Source: a bacterium (lineage in GTDB: Bacteria > Krumholzibacteriota > Krumholzibacteriia > G020349025). From it: a stretch of DNA of 64,000 bases. Shown in pieces: positions 20,314 to 30,326 of the stretch. Numbering within the stretch: position 1 is the stretch's first letter; each line of letters begins with the position of its first letter. The translations under genes and the position numbers were made by a program. The stretch is from the NCBI GenBank assembly GCA_031362565.1, contig JANLSU010000017.1:10534-74533 (forward strand), written 5' to 3'. The notes below the pieces were generated by a model. That model worked only from the letters and a program-made list of their open reading frames with translations, was not told the DNA's origin and ran no database searches.

Positions 20314-21693
20314 TCAGTCTTCCTTCCGCGTCACGTTCGCGCCAGTCGCGTGATCCAGTTCGGTACGCGCGAACCAGTAGTCGCGCAGAGATTCGGCTTC
20401 CTCGCCACGCGCGTCGGCAAGAGCGGTGGCGGCGTCGCGCACGTCGGTGCCGGTGGCGGTGCCCTCTTTGTACGCGGCGTTCGCGAGCCGCAATGCTTCC
20501 CGGGCGGAAGAGATCCGCGCCTCATTCGACGACCATACGGCGGTTGCGACCCGCAAGTCCGACAATGCGTGTTGCACCTCGCGCCGAACCTCGAGAACGA
20601 GACCCCGCCGGCGTGCTTCGAGTGCGGCGCGTTGGGCCCGTAACTCACCGGCGCGTGCATCCACGGCGCCGCCGTCGAGGAGCGGCATCGTCATCGCGAC
20701 ACCAGCGGACAAATTGTACGTCTTCAAACCTTCATCGCTAAAGTTCGCGTAGTTCTCGAAACGGTTCGGCGCGCGGTACTCCGCGGTACCCATGAGATCG
20801 ACACGCGGGCGGCGCTCGGCACGCGTCGCATCGACGCGCTCGAACGTCGCTGCGATTTGGCGCTGCACGGCGGCGATTTCCGGTCGCGCCTCCAGCGCCG
20901 ACGCCATGGCGCGGCTCGAATCCGCTTCGATGGCCGCTGGTTGAGCCAGTTCGTCGAGCGAATCTCCCGGTGCCAACGCGACACCGATCGCGGTTTCCAG
21001 TTCGACCCGTGCCATGCGCTGCGCTTCGAGCGCGCGCACGACGGCGATCTGGCGCTTGGACGCGTCCACTTCGCTGCGCAGCACCTCGAGCTTCGGCACG
21101 ACGCCGGCATTGACGCGAGCGCGCGCGATGGCGAGATGGCTCTGTGCCGTGGCGAGCGCCTCGTCCGCCGCGGCCAGCAAACGGCCGGCGGTCAACTCGC
21201 GGTAGTACGCTTGCGACACGCGCTGCACCAAGTCGGCGGCCGCTTGCTCGCGAGCGCTGGATTCCTGTTGGGCATCGGCGGACGCGGCTCGCACCAGTGC
21301 CGCGGTACGGCCGCCGGAATAGATGTTGTACTGCGCCTCGGTCTTGACGCTGAGCGTCGTCGCACTGCCGAGCCTGAGAACCTGCCGCCCAGCCCCACCG
21401 GGTATGTCGAAGACCGCCTTGGGCGCTTCGTTGGCCTGCGAGAGTGAGGCGCCGAGACGCAGCGACGGATGCAGCGCCGCGCGTGCGGCTCGTACGGCCT
21501 CTTCGGCGCGCGACACGTCCGCAGCCGCGGCTTGCAGTCCCGGTGCGTTCCGTCGGGCAAGCTCGAGACAGCGGTCGAGCGTGATCGCGGACGAAACGGC
21601 CGGCACCAGAGCGAGGGCCAAAACGACCCGGCATGCGAGTGCCACAACGACCGGCGGTTCGAGGCCGCGCCGTGGGCCCTGCTTACTTGTCAA
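20314..21693 (-). CDS. TolC-family outer membrane efflux protein
   Basis: TTG start at 21693 after GAGGAGG, overlapping the TetR stop; signal peptide; two OEP repeats (YSGG, PLLDGG, YKEG). Confidence 0.88.
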   Translation of the reverse strand: MTSKQGPRRGLEPPVVVALACRVVLALALVPAVSSAITLDRCLELARRNAPGLQAAAADVSRAEEAVRAARAALHPSLRLGASLSQANEAPKAVFDIPGGAGRQVLRLGSATTLSVKTEAQYNIYSGGRTAALVRAASADAQQESSAREQAAADLVQRVSQAYYRELTAGRLLAAADEALATAQSHLAIARARVNAGVVPKLEVLRSEVDASKRQIAVVRALEAQRMARVELETAIGVALAPGDSLDELAQPAAIEADSSRAMASALEARPEIAAVQRQIAATFERVDATRAERRPRVDLMGTAEYRAPNRFENYANFSDEGLKTYNLSAGVAMTMPLLDGGAVDARAGELRAQRAALEARRRGLVLEVRREVQHALSDLRVATAVWSSNEARISSAREALRLANAAYKEGTATGTDVRDAATALADARGEEAESLRDYWFARTELDHATGANVTRKED

Positions 21694-22360
21694 CGCGTTG
21701 CCTCCTCGATACGGGTCTTGCCTTGGCGGTGCGCCGCGCCGGCGGCACCGCCGCAACCGACGGCGCTGCACCGTCCCACAACACATCCACGAGGCCGCGG
21801 AGATAGACGTCCGCCGGCATCGGCGTACGATCGTGGGCTTTCAGGAGCAGCTCGAAGAACGCGTAGTTCTGAACGCTTCCCAGGAGCATCCGCGCCAGGA
21901 CTTCCGGGTCGACGGGGCGCAGGCGTCCGAGTTGCATTTCGGCCGCCAGATACGCCGTGATCCGCCGCAACGTGCGGATGGGCGGCGGGTCCGGTGCCGC
22001 CAAGTGCGGCGGCAGGCCGCAATCACGGTTCGACCACGACATCATCAGGAGCGGCATCATGCGCCGGAAGAACTCCAACATTCCCGCGCTGAATTCCAAC
22101 AGCTGCTCACGGATGTCGCCGCTGCCGACGCGCTGCGGCAATTCGCGCAAGAAATCGGCGTCTTGGAGTGCCGGCTCCATGGCGCGCAGGAAGAGTTCGT
22201 GCTTGGTCCGGAAGTGCTTGAAGATCGAACCCTCGGCGATTCCGGCCCGGCGTGCGACCTCCGCAGTGGTCGCTTGGATCCCCTTCTCGAGGAATACCAC
22301 GCGCGCCGCGTTCAGGATTTGCTCGGTGGTGATCGTCGCCGGTCGGGACATGGCCGCCAT
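21683..22360 (-). CDS. TetR/AcrR-family transcriptional regulator
   Basis: N-terminal HTH ILNAARVVFLEKG..ATTAEVARRAGIAEGSIFKHFRTK; start is 22360 or 22351. Confidence 0.93.
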   Translation of the reverse strand: MAAMSRPATITTEQILNAARVVFLEKGIQATTAEVARRAGIAEGSIFKHFRTKHELFLRAMEPALQDADFLRELPQRVGSGDIREQLLEFSAGMLEFFRRMMPLLMMSWSNRDCGLPPHLAAPDPPPIRTLRRITAYLAAEMQLGRLRPVDPEVLARMLLGSVQNYAFFELLLKAHDRTPMPADVYLRGLVDVLWDGAAPSVAAVPPARRTAKARPVSRRQRVDK

Positions 22361-22389
22361 TCCACGCTAGGGCCTCGGGGAGGCCTATT

Positions 22390-22426
22390 TGAGTGAATAC
22401 TTACTCATTAATCGAGGCCTTGTCAA
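22390..22426 (-). promoter_or_regulatory. Promoter with TetR operator palindrome for the efflux operon
   Basis: Perfect TTGACA on the minus strand (22426-22421); inverted repeat TGAGT-N8-ACTCA (22390-22407) over the -10 region. Confidence 0.7.
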
Positions 22427-22618
22427 GGGACGGCAACACTCCCTGATCATCGCACCCTGGCCGGCGGGTTCCCCTGTGTATCCTTCTAGGGCGATCGTCC
22501 GTTCCACCTCGATCGACGCAAATGGAGCGCGGTCCGTGCCCGTCAAGAGTCTCACTCCGGAGAGCCAAGCCCTCCGCGGCGCTTCGGCAAGCCATCGAAG
22601 CGAAAACGCGCCGGTGCG

Positions 22619-22726
22619 TTACCGCAGCACGGTGATTCGAGTCGAAGCCACGCCGGTCGCGGTGTGCATGCGAACCAGATACACACCGGCTGCAACCGTC
22701 TGCGCAGCATCGTCGCGTCCATCCAA
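22619..22726 (-). pseudogene. Orphan 3' remnant of a FlgD-Ig/T9SS-type C-terminal domain
   Basis: Reads LDGRDDAAQTVAAGVYLVRMHTATGVASTRITVLR*, matching the tail of the 37820 protein (WDGRDARGNALPTGVYLYRV...RLVMVK*). In-frame stop shortly upstream and no gene body. Confidence 0.7.
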
Positions 22727-22855
22727 GGTGCGGCGGCGGAACTGAGCCCGCGCCTTCGCGGGCCGTCCCTATGCGGATGTGATCGCGATTCGGTAAGTTG
22801 ACGGCTTGCCGGCCATGGGACCGGTGTCTGGAGATCGCGCCGCCTCGGAGGACTG

Positions 22856-23476
<621 letters not shown>

Positions 23477-23494
23477 AAGCCGCCGTTCCCTTCT

Positions 23495-24128
23495 TCAACG
23501 GAAGAGTACCTTCACGTCCGAGAACGATTGGCCTTTGATGCCGACCGTACGCGGATCGGGGACGATTGATCGCGTAGTCGAGAGATCCAATCCATACGTA
23601 CGCGATCTTGGTGCCGTCCGGCGACCAATCAGGACTGATTTCGTTCTCCGGATCGTTCGTGAGCTGCCACCATTCGTCGGTTGCATCACGGTGGATCCAG
23701 AGATCGGGCTGCCCACCGCGCGTCGAGGAGACAATGAAGTCGCGGCCGTTCGGCGACCATGCGGACGGCGAGCGGGCGCCCTCTGGAAGCGCGAGTACGG
23801 CTTCCGCGATCGCCTGGTCACATTGCGCGCGCCACCGCACGTTGTTGGCCAGGACGAACACGCTCGCTCCATCGTCGGTCCAACTCGGTGCGTTGACGAT
23901 CGAGCTGGAGGTCAAATTCGGGATCATCGTGAGCCCGAGTGGAGCGGTCACGGCGCCGGTCGCGAGGTCGTACACGGACACACTGCCGCGAACGCGACCC
24001 GAGTAATAGGACACCTTCTCCCAGGCGAACGCCAGGCGGGCGCCGTCGGGGGACCACACCGGCGAGGCGAACCGGTCGAAGTCCTTGCTGATACGGATGG
24101 GCCGGAAGTCGGCAGCCGTGGCGGGCAT
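23495..24128 (-). pseudogene. TolB-like/PD40 beta-propeller protein, frameshifted near 23570, ending in the W/F-x2-VK motif
   Basis: SPVWSPDG, PSWTDDG, WSPNG and PDWSPDG repeats. An alternative frame gives ...IVPDPRTVGIKGQSFSDVKVLFR* (stop 23495). The N-terminus looks like a truncated signal peptide. Confidence 0.7.
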
Positions 24129-24167
24129 CAGATCCCGCTCACTCGGTCGAAGAGAGGACGGCGCGTC

Positions 24168-25560
24168 GTGAAGGACCTCACCAGCGGCTCGGTCTCGCGC
24201 CACTTGTTGCAGACCACCAGTTTCATGCTGGTCACGATGCTGTTCCAAACACTCTATTTTCTCGTCGACCTCTTTTGGGTCGGGCGCCTGGGTAAGGAAG
24301 CCGTCGCGGGGGTCGGGGTCGCGGGCAATCTCATGTTCGTGGTGCTCGCGATCACCCAAATGCTGGGCGTCGGCACAACGACCTTGATCTCACATGCTGC
24401 CGGCCGTAAAGAACACCAGCGGGCGCTCTTGCTCTTCAACCAGTCGCAACTGCTGTCGATGCTCGTCGGGGTCTTGTTCTTCATTGTCGCGATGGCAGCG
24501 CGAACGCTGTACGTCAACAAGCTGAGTGCCAATGCCGAAACGGCGCGCCTCGCCGGCCAGTACCTGCTGTGGTTTCTTCCCGCAACGGCCTTGCAGTTCG
24601 CCATGGTGGCGATGGCGGCGGCGCTACGCGGCACCGGCAATTTCAAACCCGGGATGATCGTCCAGTCCGCAACCGTGCTCTTGAACATGATCTTGGCGCC
24701 GTTTCTCATTTTCGGATGGCTCACGCACCGGCCGATGGGCGTCGCCGGTGCGGCGCTCGCAACCTTCATCACGACCATCGTCGGAACGCTCTGGCTGCTG
24801 ACCTACTTCCGCCCCAAGGACTCATACCTGCGATTCATTGCTCGGACTGGAAGCCACGCGTCGATTTATGGGAGCGATGCTCAAGATCGGCCTGCCCGCA
24901 GGCGCCGAATTCGCGCTCATGGCGGTCTACCTGTTCGTGATCTACGCCATCAGCCGGCCCTTTGGCGCCGCCGCCCAAGCCGGCTTCGGGATCGGCATGC
25001 GCGTCATGCAAGCCGGCTTCATGCCGGTCGTCGCCCCCGGCTTCTCGGTCGCGCCGGTCGCGGGACAGAACTTCGGCGCCCGGCACCACCACCGGGTACG
25101 CGAGGTCTTCCGGTCGGCGGTCCTGATGGCGATCGCCTTGATGGCGCTGTTTGCGCTCCTGTGTCACATCGCGCCCGCCGCGATGATCGGTTTGTTTTCG
25201 CACGACCCGCAGGTCATCGCGGTGGGGACGGAATATCTGCGCATCGTGTCGTGGAATTTCGTCGCTTCGGGTGTGGTGTTCGTGGCCTCGAGCATGTTCC
25301 AAGCCCTCGGCAACACGATTCCATCGCTGCTGAGTTCGTTCGTCCGCATCCTGATCCTGGTCGTGCCGACACTCGTTCTGTCGCGCCAGCCGGGATTCCA
25401 ACTGCGGTGGGTCTGGTTCCTGTCGATCGCGGCCGTGACCGTGCAGGTGGCGCTCAGCTTGTTGCTCCTGCGTCGCGAGTTCAGCCGCAAGTTGCACCAC
25501 GCACCGCGTCTCGTGGATCCGTTGGCGGCGGAAAGCGTCCCCGGCGGCATTCTCGAGTAG
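24168..25560 (+). pseudogene. MATE-family efflux transporter with two apparent frameshifts (about 24840 and 24870)
   Basis: KDLTSGSV...LVDLFWVGRLG N-half; a short middle frame SDWKPRVDLW; C-half MLKIGLPAG...GQNFGA. Could be sequencing error. Confidence 0.8.
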
Positions 25561-25657
25561 GCTTGTTGCGGTGCACTGCAGGCGCCAGTATCGCTGCATC
25601 CCGGCCGGAAACCTCGACAAGGTGCCGATCGATCCGGCGGCTCCAGCGGAGGTTGAA

Positions 25658-25861
25658 ATGGGCATCCTGGACAATCTGGGTGACCTGCTCAAGGTCGCCA
25701 CGAACAACAACGCGGCACCTGCCGATGTACATGCCGCCTTCGATCAAGTCGCAACCGCGGTTCCCCAAGCAAGTCTCGCGGACGGACTCATTCATGCCTT
25801 CAATTCCGACCAGACGCCGCCCTTTCAGCTTCGTTCTATGCCCAACATCCGGCGCTCGTGA
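25658..25861 (+). pseudogene. Truncated conserved hypothetical protein
   Basis: GGAGGT RBS; MGILDNLGDLL...FDQVATAVPQASLADGL..AFNSDQTPPF followed by an abrupt unrelated end. Family recognised from recall only. Confidence 0.45.
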
Positions 25862-25921
25862 AAGCGGTCGGTGCCGGAGCGCTGGCGTTGCTCATGAGCC
25901 GTATCTCATCGAGACGTTGAA

Positions 25922-26173
25922 ATGGGATTTCTTGCCTGGATCGTCTGCGGGCTTTTGGCAGGCTGGATCACCGGAAAATTGATGGGTGGACCCGGCAAAG
26001 GCGCGCTGATGGATATCATCATCGGCCTGCTGGGTGCCCTCGCCGGCGGCTTTGTGATGCAGCTGGTCGGCTTTAGAGCCGAGGGCAGTTTCGTCTACAC
26101 GCTGCTCGTCGCGGTCTTCGGCGCCGTGCTGCTCACCTGGATCTACCGCAAGGCGACGGCGCGGAAAAACTGA
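25922..26173 (+). CDS. GlsB/YeaQ/YmgE (transglycosylase-associated) stress membrane protein
   Basis: 83 aa; WIVCGLLAGWI..KLM, DIIIGLLGALAGG, AVFGAVLL. Confidence 0.9.
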   Translation: MGFLAWIVCGLLAGWITGKLMGGPGKGALMDIIIGLLGALAGGFVMQLVGFRAEGSFVYTLLVAVFGAVLLTWIYRKATARKN

Positions 26174-26239
26174 CGGCGGAGCCGCCGAGACGAGAATCGC
26201 CTCAGCGTGGCGACACCACCGTCTGGACCGACGCCCCTT

Positions 26240-26295
26240 TCTATCGCTCATAATTCTTGTTATTATGGGCTATAGAGAGGCGGTCTATCGCTCAT
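26240..26295. promoter_or_regulatory. Inverted plus direct repeat element upstream of the Fic gene
   Basis: TCTATCGCTCATAA-N9-TTATGGGCTATAGA (12/14 inverted match) and a third copy TCTATCGCTCAT overlapping the start codon. Confidence 0.65.
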
Positions 26296-27460
26296 GGGCT
26301 GGAATTGGCAGCAACCGGGTTGGCCGGACTTCGCGTGGCACCCCGCCCGGCTGGCTAGGGCCGAGGAGCAGTTTCTGCTCGGTGCCGGGGTTTTCCTCGG
26401 CACCGCCAAACACCTTGGAGCCGAAGTTCACGATCGTCTGATCGTCGAGGTGCTGAGCAACGAGGCCCTGACCACCTCCGAGATCGAAGGCGAGATCCTC
26501 AATCGAGACAGCGTCCAAGCCTCGATCCGTCGCCAGTTGGGATTTCCCGCCGACGACCGGCGAGTGAGCCCTGCCGAGCGCGGCATCGCCGAGATGATGG
26601 TCGACCTCTATCGGAATTTCTCCGCACCGCTCGATGACCTGACTTTGTTCGCTTGGCAACGCATGCTGTTCAGCGGGCGGAGCGACCGGCGTGACATCGG
26701 CCGCTATCGCACCCATTCCGAGCCGATGCAAATCGTTTCCGGAAGGGTCGACGACCCCAAGGTGCATTTCGAGGCGCCGCCTTCGACCCAGGTCGTTGCC
26801 GAGATGGCCAGGTTCATCGATTGGTTCAATCGCACCGCTCCAACCGGTACCGCCGCGCTACCGGCGTTGACCCGTGCCGGAACGGCGCATCTGTATTTCG
26901 AGTCCATTCACCCGTTCGAGGATGGAAACGGGCGGGTAGGCAGAGCGATCGCCGAGAAGGCCTTGGCGCAGAGTCTCGGTGGGCCCTTCTTGACCGCATT
27001 GGCTGCGACGCTGCTCACCAAGCGCCGGTCCTACTACGAGGCGCTGGAAGCCGCGAACAAACACATCGAGATCACGGATTGGCTCGCTTGGTTTGCGGGT
27101 ACGAGCATCGAAGCACAGCGGCGAACCATTGCCGAGGTCGAGTTTCTGATCGACAAGACGCAACTGCTCGACCGTCTGCGCGGACATTTGAATGCTCGCC
27201 AAGAAGCGGTCGTCCTGCGCATGCTGCGGGAAGGGCCAAGGGGATTCGAAGGTGGGTTGAGTGCGAGCAACTACATACGAATCGCGAAGACTTCGGCGTC
27301 GACTGCGACGCGCGATCTCACCGAACTCGTCGCGCAAGGCGCCTTGCGCCGCACCGGCAACCTCCGGCATACGCGTTATCACCTCACGATTCCGCTCCGT
27401 CGCGTCCCGCTCGTGAGGATCGGTCCCGCGGGGGATCTCATCTCCGACGACAAGTCTTAG
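26294..27460 (+). CDS. Fic-family protein (DUF4172 + Fic + C-terminal HTH)
   Basis: WNWQQPGWPDF start, inhibitory-type TSEIEG, HPFEDGNGRVGR, TATRDL. Confidence 0.92.
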   Translation: MGWNWQQPGWPDFAWHPARLARAEEQFLLGAGVFLGTAKHLGAEVHDRLIVEVLSNEALTTSEIEGEILNRDSVQASIRRQLGFPADDRRVSPAERGIAEMMVDLYRNFSAPLDDLTLFAWQRMLFSGRSDRRDIGRYRTHSEPMQIVSGRVDDPKVHFEAPPSTQVVAEMARFIDWFNRTAPTGTAALPALTRAGTAHLYFESIHPFEDGNGRVGRAIAEKALAQSLGGPFLTALAATLLTKRRSYYEALEAANKHIEITDWLAWFAGTSIEAQRRTIAEVEFLIDKTQLLDRLRGHLNARQEAVVLRMLREGPRGFEGGLSASNYIRIAKTSASTATRDLTELVAQGALRRTGNLRHTRYHLTIPLRRVPLVRIGPAGDLISDDKS

Positions 27461-28034
27461 GTTTGCGTTGCCACATCGGCGGTGACCCAGGATGCCACGC
27501 CGGGGCAGAACGCCCCAGTGGCGCGGATGCCGCTGTGAAGCCGCGACTTGCAGCGCACGCACGGTTGGCGCGGCGAAACGGGACAAAACGCGCCGTTGCC
27601 GCCACCGTACATTCACGAAGTCAATTTGCATTTCGACAGCGTGTTGCATCGACTCGCCCACCTGGCGCCGTTCTCGCTCATCCCGTGTCGTTCGCGGCGA
27701 TCGGCCGCGAGCGGTGGAGGACGAAGCGGGGTGGAGCCTGATCGTCCGAAGCCGAACCGGAGCCAACGGTTCAATGAGCGTTGGACGAACGGCGGCTTGG
27801 CGCGTCGAGACGAGCCGTCGGTCGCCGCTCACTCGCAGTCGAGAAAAATTGAGCAGACCAGCCCCCTTCCGAACCCCGATCCGCGGAGGGGCCTGGACTG
27901 CCCTTCGGACCGGCAGGGTGTCCCGGTTCACCCCACCCCACCCTGCCGGTCTGGTTCACAGACCCTGAGATGTCGAGGTTCGGCAGCCATCGGGGCGCCC
28001 GAGCCGACGGAGCAGATCCGAGGAGGATCTGAAT

Positions 28035-28436
28035 ATGAGAACCAGGACAACGTTCGCACTGACGATTTGCGCCGTACTCACCACCGCCAGTCTCGCCTTC
28101 GCCACCGATCCGGCAACCGATGCCAAGGCCGCAGCGAAGCCCGCAACGGCCGCCGCAATGCATCACAAGGGCGCAATGCATCACGCACGCTTGTCCAAGG
28201 ACGACACGATGGCGGTCCAGAACGCGCTCAGCAAAGCCGGTGTGTTCAAGGGCACGGCCGATGGCGTGGTCGGTGCGTCCACGGTCGAGGCACTGAAGGC
28301 GTATCAGAAGGCCAACTCTCTCAAGGTCACCGGCTGGGCCGATGACGCAACGCTCGCCAAGCTGAGCGTGACGCACACCCCGCCGGCAACGACGGCTGCG
28401 TCGACGGCGCCTGCGAGGTCGAAGACCCCGCGCTGA
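28035..28436 (+). CDS. Exported peptidoglycan-binding (PG_binding_1) protein
   Basis: GAGGAGG RBS, signal peptide, VQNALSKAG..G.ADGVVG..T.EALKAYQKAN.L.VTG..D..T...L. Confidence 0.88.
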   Translation: MRTRTTFALTICAVLTTASLAFATDPATDAKAAAKPATAAAMHHKGAMHHARLSKDDTMAVQNALSKAGVFKGTADGVVGASTVEALKAYQKANSLKVTGWADDATLAKLSVTHTPPATTAASTAPARSKTPR

Positions 28437-28680
28437 CGCTTTCGATGCAAGGAAGACGGAGTCGTCGGATTCGTCCGGCGGCATCACGGCGAAACGGCTC
28501 GCAAGCCACCGGCGGCTCCAATTGACGGGTCCAGGAATACCTCCTGGGCCCGTCGATGCTTTCCATCCATCGACAGCGCCGTGTCCCTGGTGTTAGCGTG
28601 CGAAGTGGTCCTTCGTGGTGCGCGTTCGAGAGCGCGCTGCGAGAGGTGTGTGAATGACTTCGTGCTCTGGGGAGGACCGC

Positions 28681-29520
28681 ATGCGATTCTCGCTTCGAAC
28701 CGCTGTTCTTGGATCTCTGGCTCTGGGTCTCTTGCTGGTGGATGTGGCCGGCGCCACGGCACCCGGGGCCTGCCGCCGCAAGCGCAACCCACCGAACCAA
28801 AATCTCTTCTGGGACTGTGTCGCCGAGGGCTCGACATGCGGTGCCGGCAATGCGTGCCAGACGATTTCGTACGGCGGCATCGTGCCGTACAGCACCTGCG
28901 AATGCTTGCCCGTCGTGCACGATCCGGATGACTTCTCTTATGGCACCGGTGGGCTCTGGACGGCTGTCGTGACCAGTGGTGCAGCCGTGCCGGGCGGCAA
29001 TGTGACCATCGCGCTTGCACCCGGGATCAACGCCCTCGTCATCTATCCCAACGTCGACATCGATGCCGGCGCGATTACCAACGCGCAGGAGTTCACCGAC
29101 AGCGGCGATTTCACCGGTTCGATGACGCTGGCGATTGGCGCCGCGACGGGCGTCGACTCGTTTGCCGTCAATGTCACGGCACTGACCCTGGCGATGACCT
29201 CGTTCGACTTCGAGGGCAACCCCACCGGGGCGACGGCGATGACGCTCGCGCCGGACGGCGGCACGGCCACTGGCCTTTTCGACGTCACGAACAGCACGAT
29301 TCAATTCGACGAGCCGGTGCACTGCCAGGCGACAAATGACCTGTTCGGGAACTTCGACTACTATTTCCGGCCGATTCTGATCGAAGGCGCTGCAGGCAAA
29401 GCGGGTGTCGCCGGCGGCCCGAATCCGTTCTCCGTCTTCGCAACGGGGACCCTCGTGCCGCCGCAGGTCGTGTCCGTTCAGCAGCGGCGATGGGGCGACG
29501 TGAAGCAACTCTATCGCTGA
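28681..29520 (+). CDS. Secreted Cys-containing hypothetical protein with C-terminal W-x2-VK-x2-YR motif
   Basis: GGAGG RBS, signal peptide, Cys-rich N-domain, beta-rich body; ends VSVQQRRWGDVKQLYR. Confidence 0.82.
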   Translation: MRFSLRTAVLGSLALGLLLVDVAGATAPGACRRKRNPPNQNLFWDCVAEGSTCGAGNACQTISYGGIVPYSTCECLPVVHDPDDFSYGTGGLWTAVVTSGAAVPGGNVTIALAPGINALVIYPNVDIDAGAITNAQEFTDSGDFTGSMTLAIGAATGVDSFAVNVTALTLAMTSFDFEGNPTGATAMTLAPDGGTATGLFDVTNSTIQFDEPVHCQATNDLFGNFDYYFRPILIEGAAGKAGVAGGPNPFSVFATGTLVPPQVVSVQQRRWGDVKQLYR

Positions 29521-29586
29521 AAGACAGGGCTTTTCGCCTCCGCCATGGCCCCTCCGGTCGCGGCTGGGCGACCGCCCCTACGACCC

Positions 29587-29626
29587 AAACGGCTGGCCCG
29601 GCAATGCCGGCCAGCCGTTTTTCTTT
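29587..29626 (+). terminator. Rho-independent terminator
   Basis: 12-bp stem AAACGGCTGGCC/GGCCAGCCGTTT followed by TTCTTT. Confidence 0.75.
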
Positions 29627-29723
29627 GCCATGCACACCAAACAGGGAACCTCCACCCACCCCGGGACATTGCAGATCCCGAAGCCCAAATGCGGCTCTCG
29701 ACCCCAGAAGGAGGTTCTTCCAA

Positions 29724-30230
29724 ATGCAACGCAAGATTCTGATGATCGCCGGTCTCGTTGTCCTGGTGGGCGGATGGGCCGCGTTTCGGCCCGAGCGCTT
29801 GTTCGTGAACCAAACGGTGAACGAAGGCCTGGAAGGCGCCAAGCCGTCCACTGCCGACGTGACCATGGCATCGGTGACGTCGCCGATGGCGCTCGCCGCC
29901 GGCCGCTTCCACAAGGGCGCGCATGAGACATCCGGCGCCGCGACCGTGTTTCGCCTTGCCGATGGCAAGCGCGTGCTGCGCCTCACCGGTTTCGCAACCT
30001 CGAACGGCCCCGACGTGCACGTGTATCTCGTGAACGCCGCTGACGCGACCGACAACGACGCCGTGAAGAAGGCCGGCTTCGTCGATCTCGGCTCGCTCAA
30101 GGGCAATGTCGGCGATCAGAACTACGACGTACCCGCCGACCTCGACCTGGTTTCACACCGTGCCGTGACGATTTGGTGTGCACGCTTCGGCGTCAACTTT
30201 GGTACGGCCCCGCTCATTCCGCAGTCGTAG
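29724..30230 (+). CDS. DM13-domain (electron transfer) protein
   Basis: AAGGAGG RBS; RPERLF, H.TSG.A, SNGPDVHVYL, LGSLKGNVGDQNY, IWCARFGVNFGTA. Confidence 0.9.
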   Translation: MQRKILMIAGLVVLVGGWAAFRPERLFVNQTVNEGLEGAKPSTADVTMASVTSPMALAAGRFHKGAHETSGAATVFRLADGKRVLRLTGFATSNGPDVHVYLVNAADATDNDAVKKAGFVDLGSLKGNVGDQNYDVPADLDLVSHRAVTIWCARFGVNFGTAPLIPQS

Positions 30231-30326
30231 TCGCGCGCGGCAGTGCCGCGCACCTCGCATCGCGTTGCATTGGCAATACAATCACTCGCCGCCGGCGTGC
30301 GGCATCTTCACGGGAGGATCGGGCTC

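Noticed and set aside
23535..25982. 815-aa ORF as one protein
   Set aside because: Only 24168-24840 is MATE-like; the rest is read-through caused by frameshifts and high GC.
27460..28030. ORFs 27492..27968 and 27548..28345
   Set aside because: No RBS or recognisable protein features; probably intergenic.
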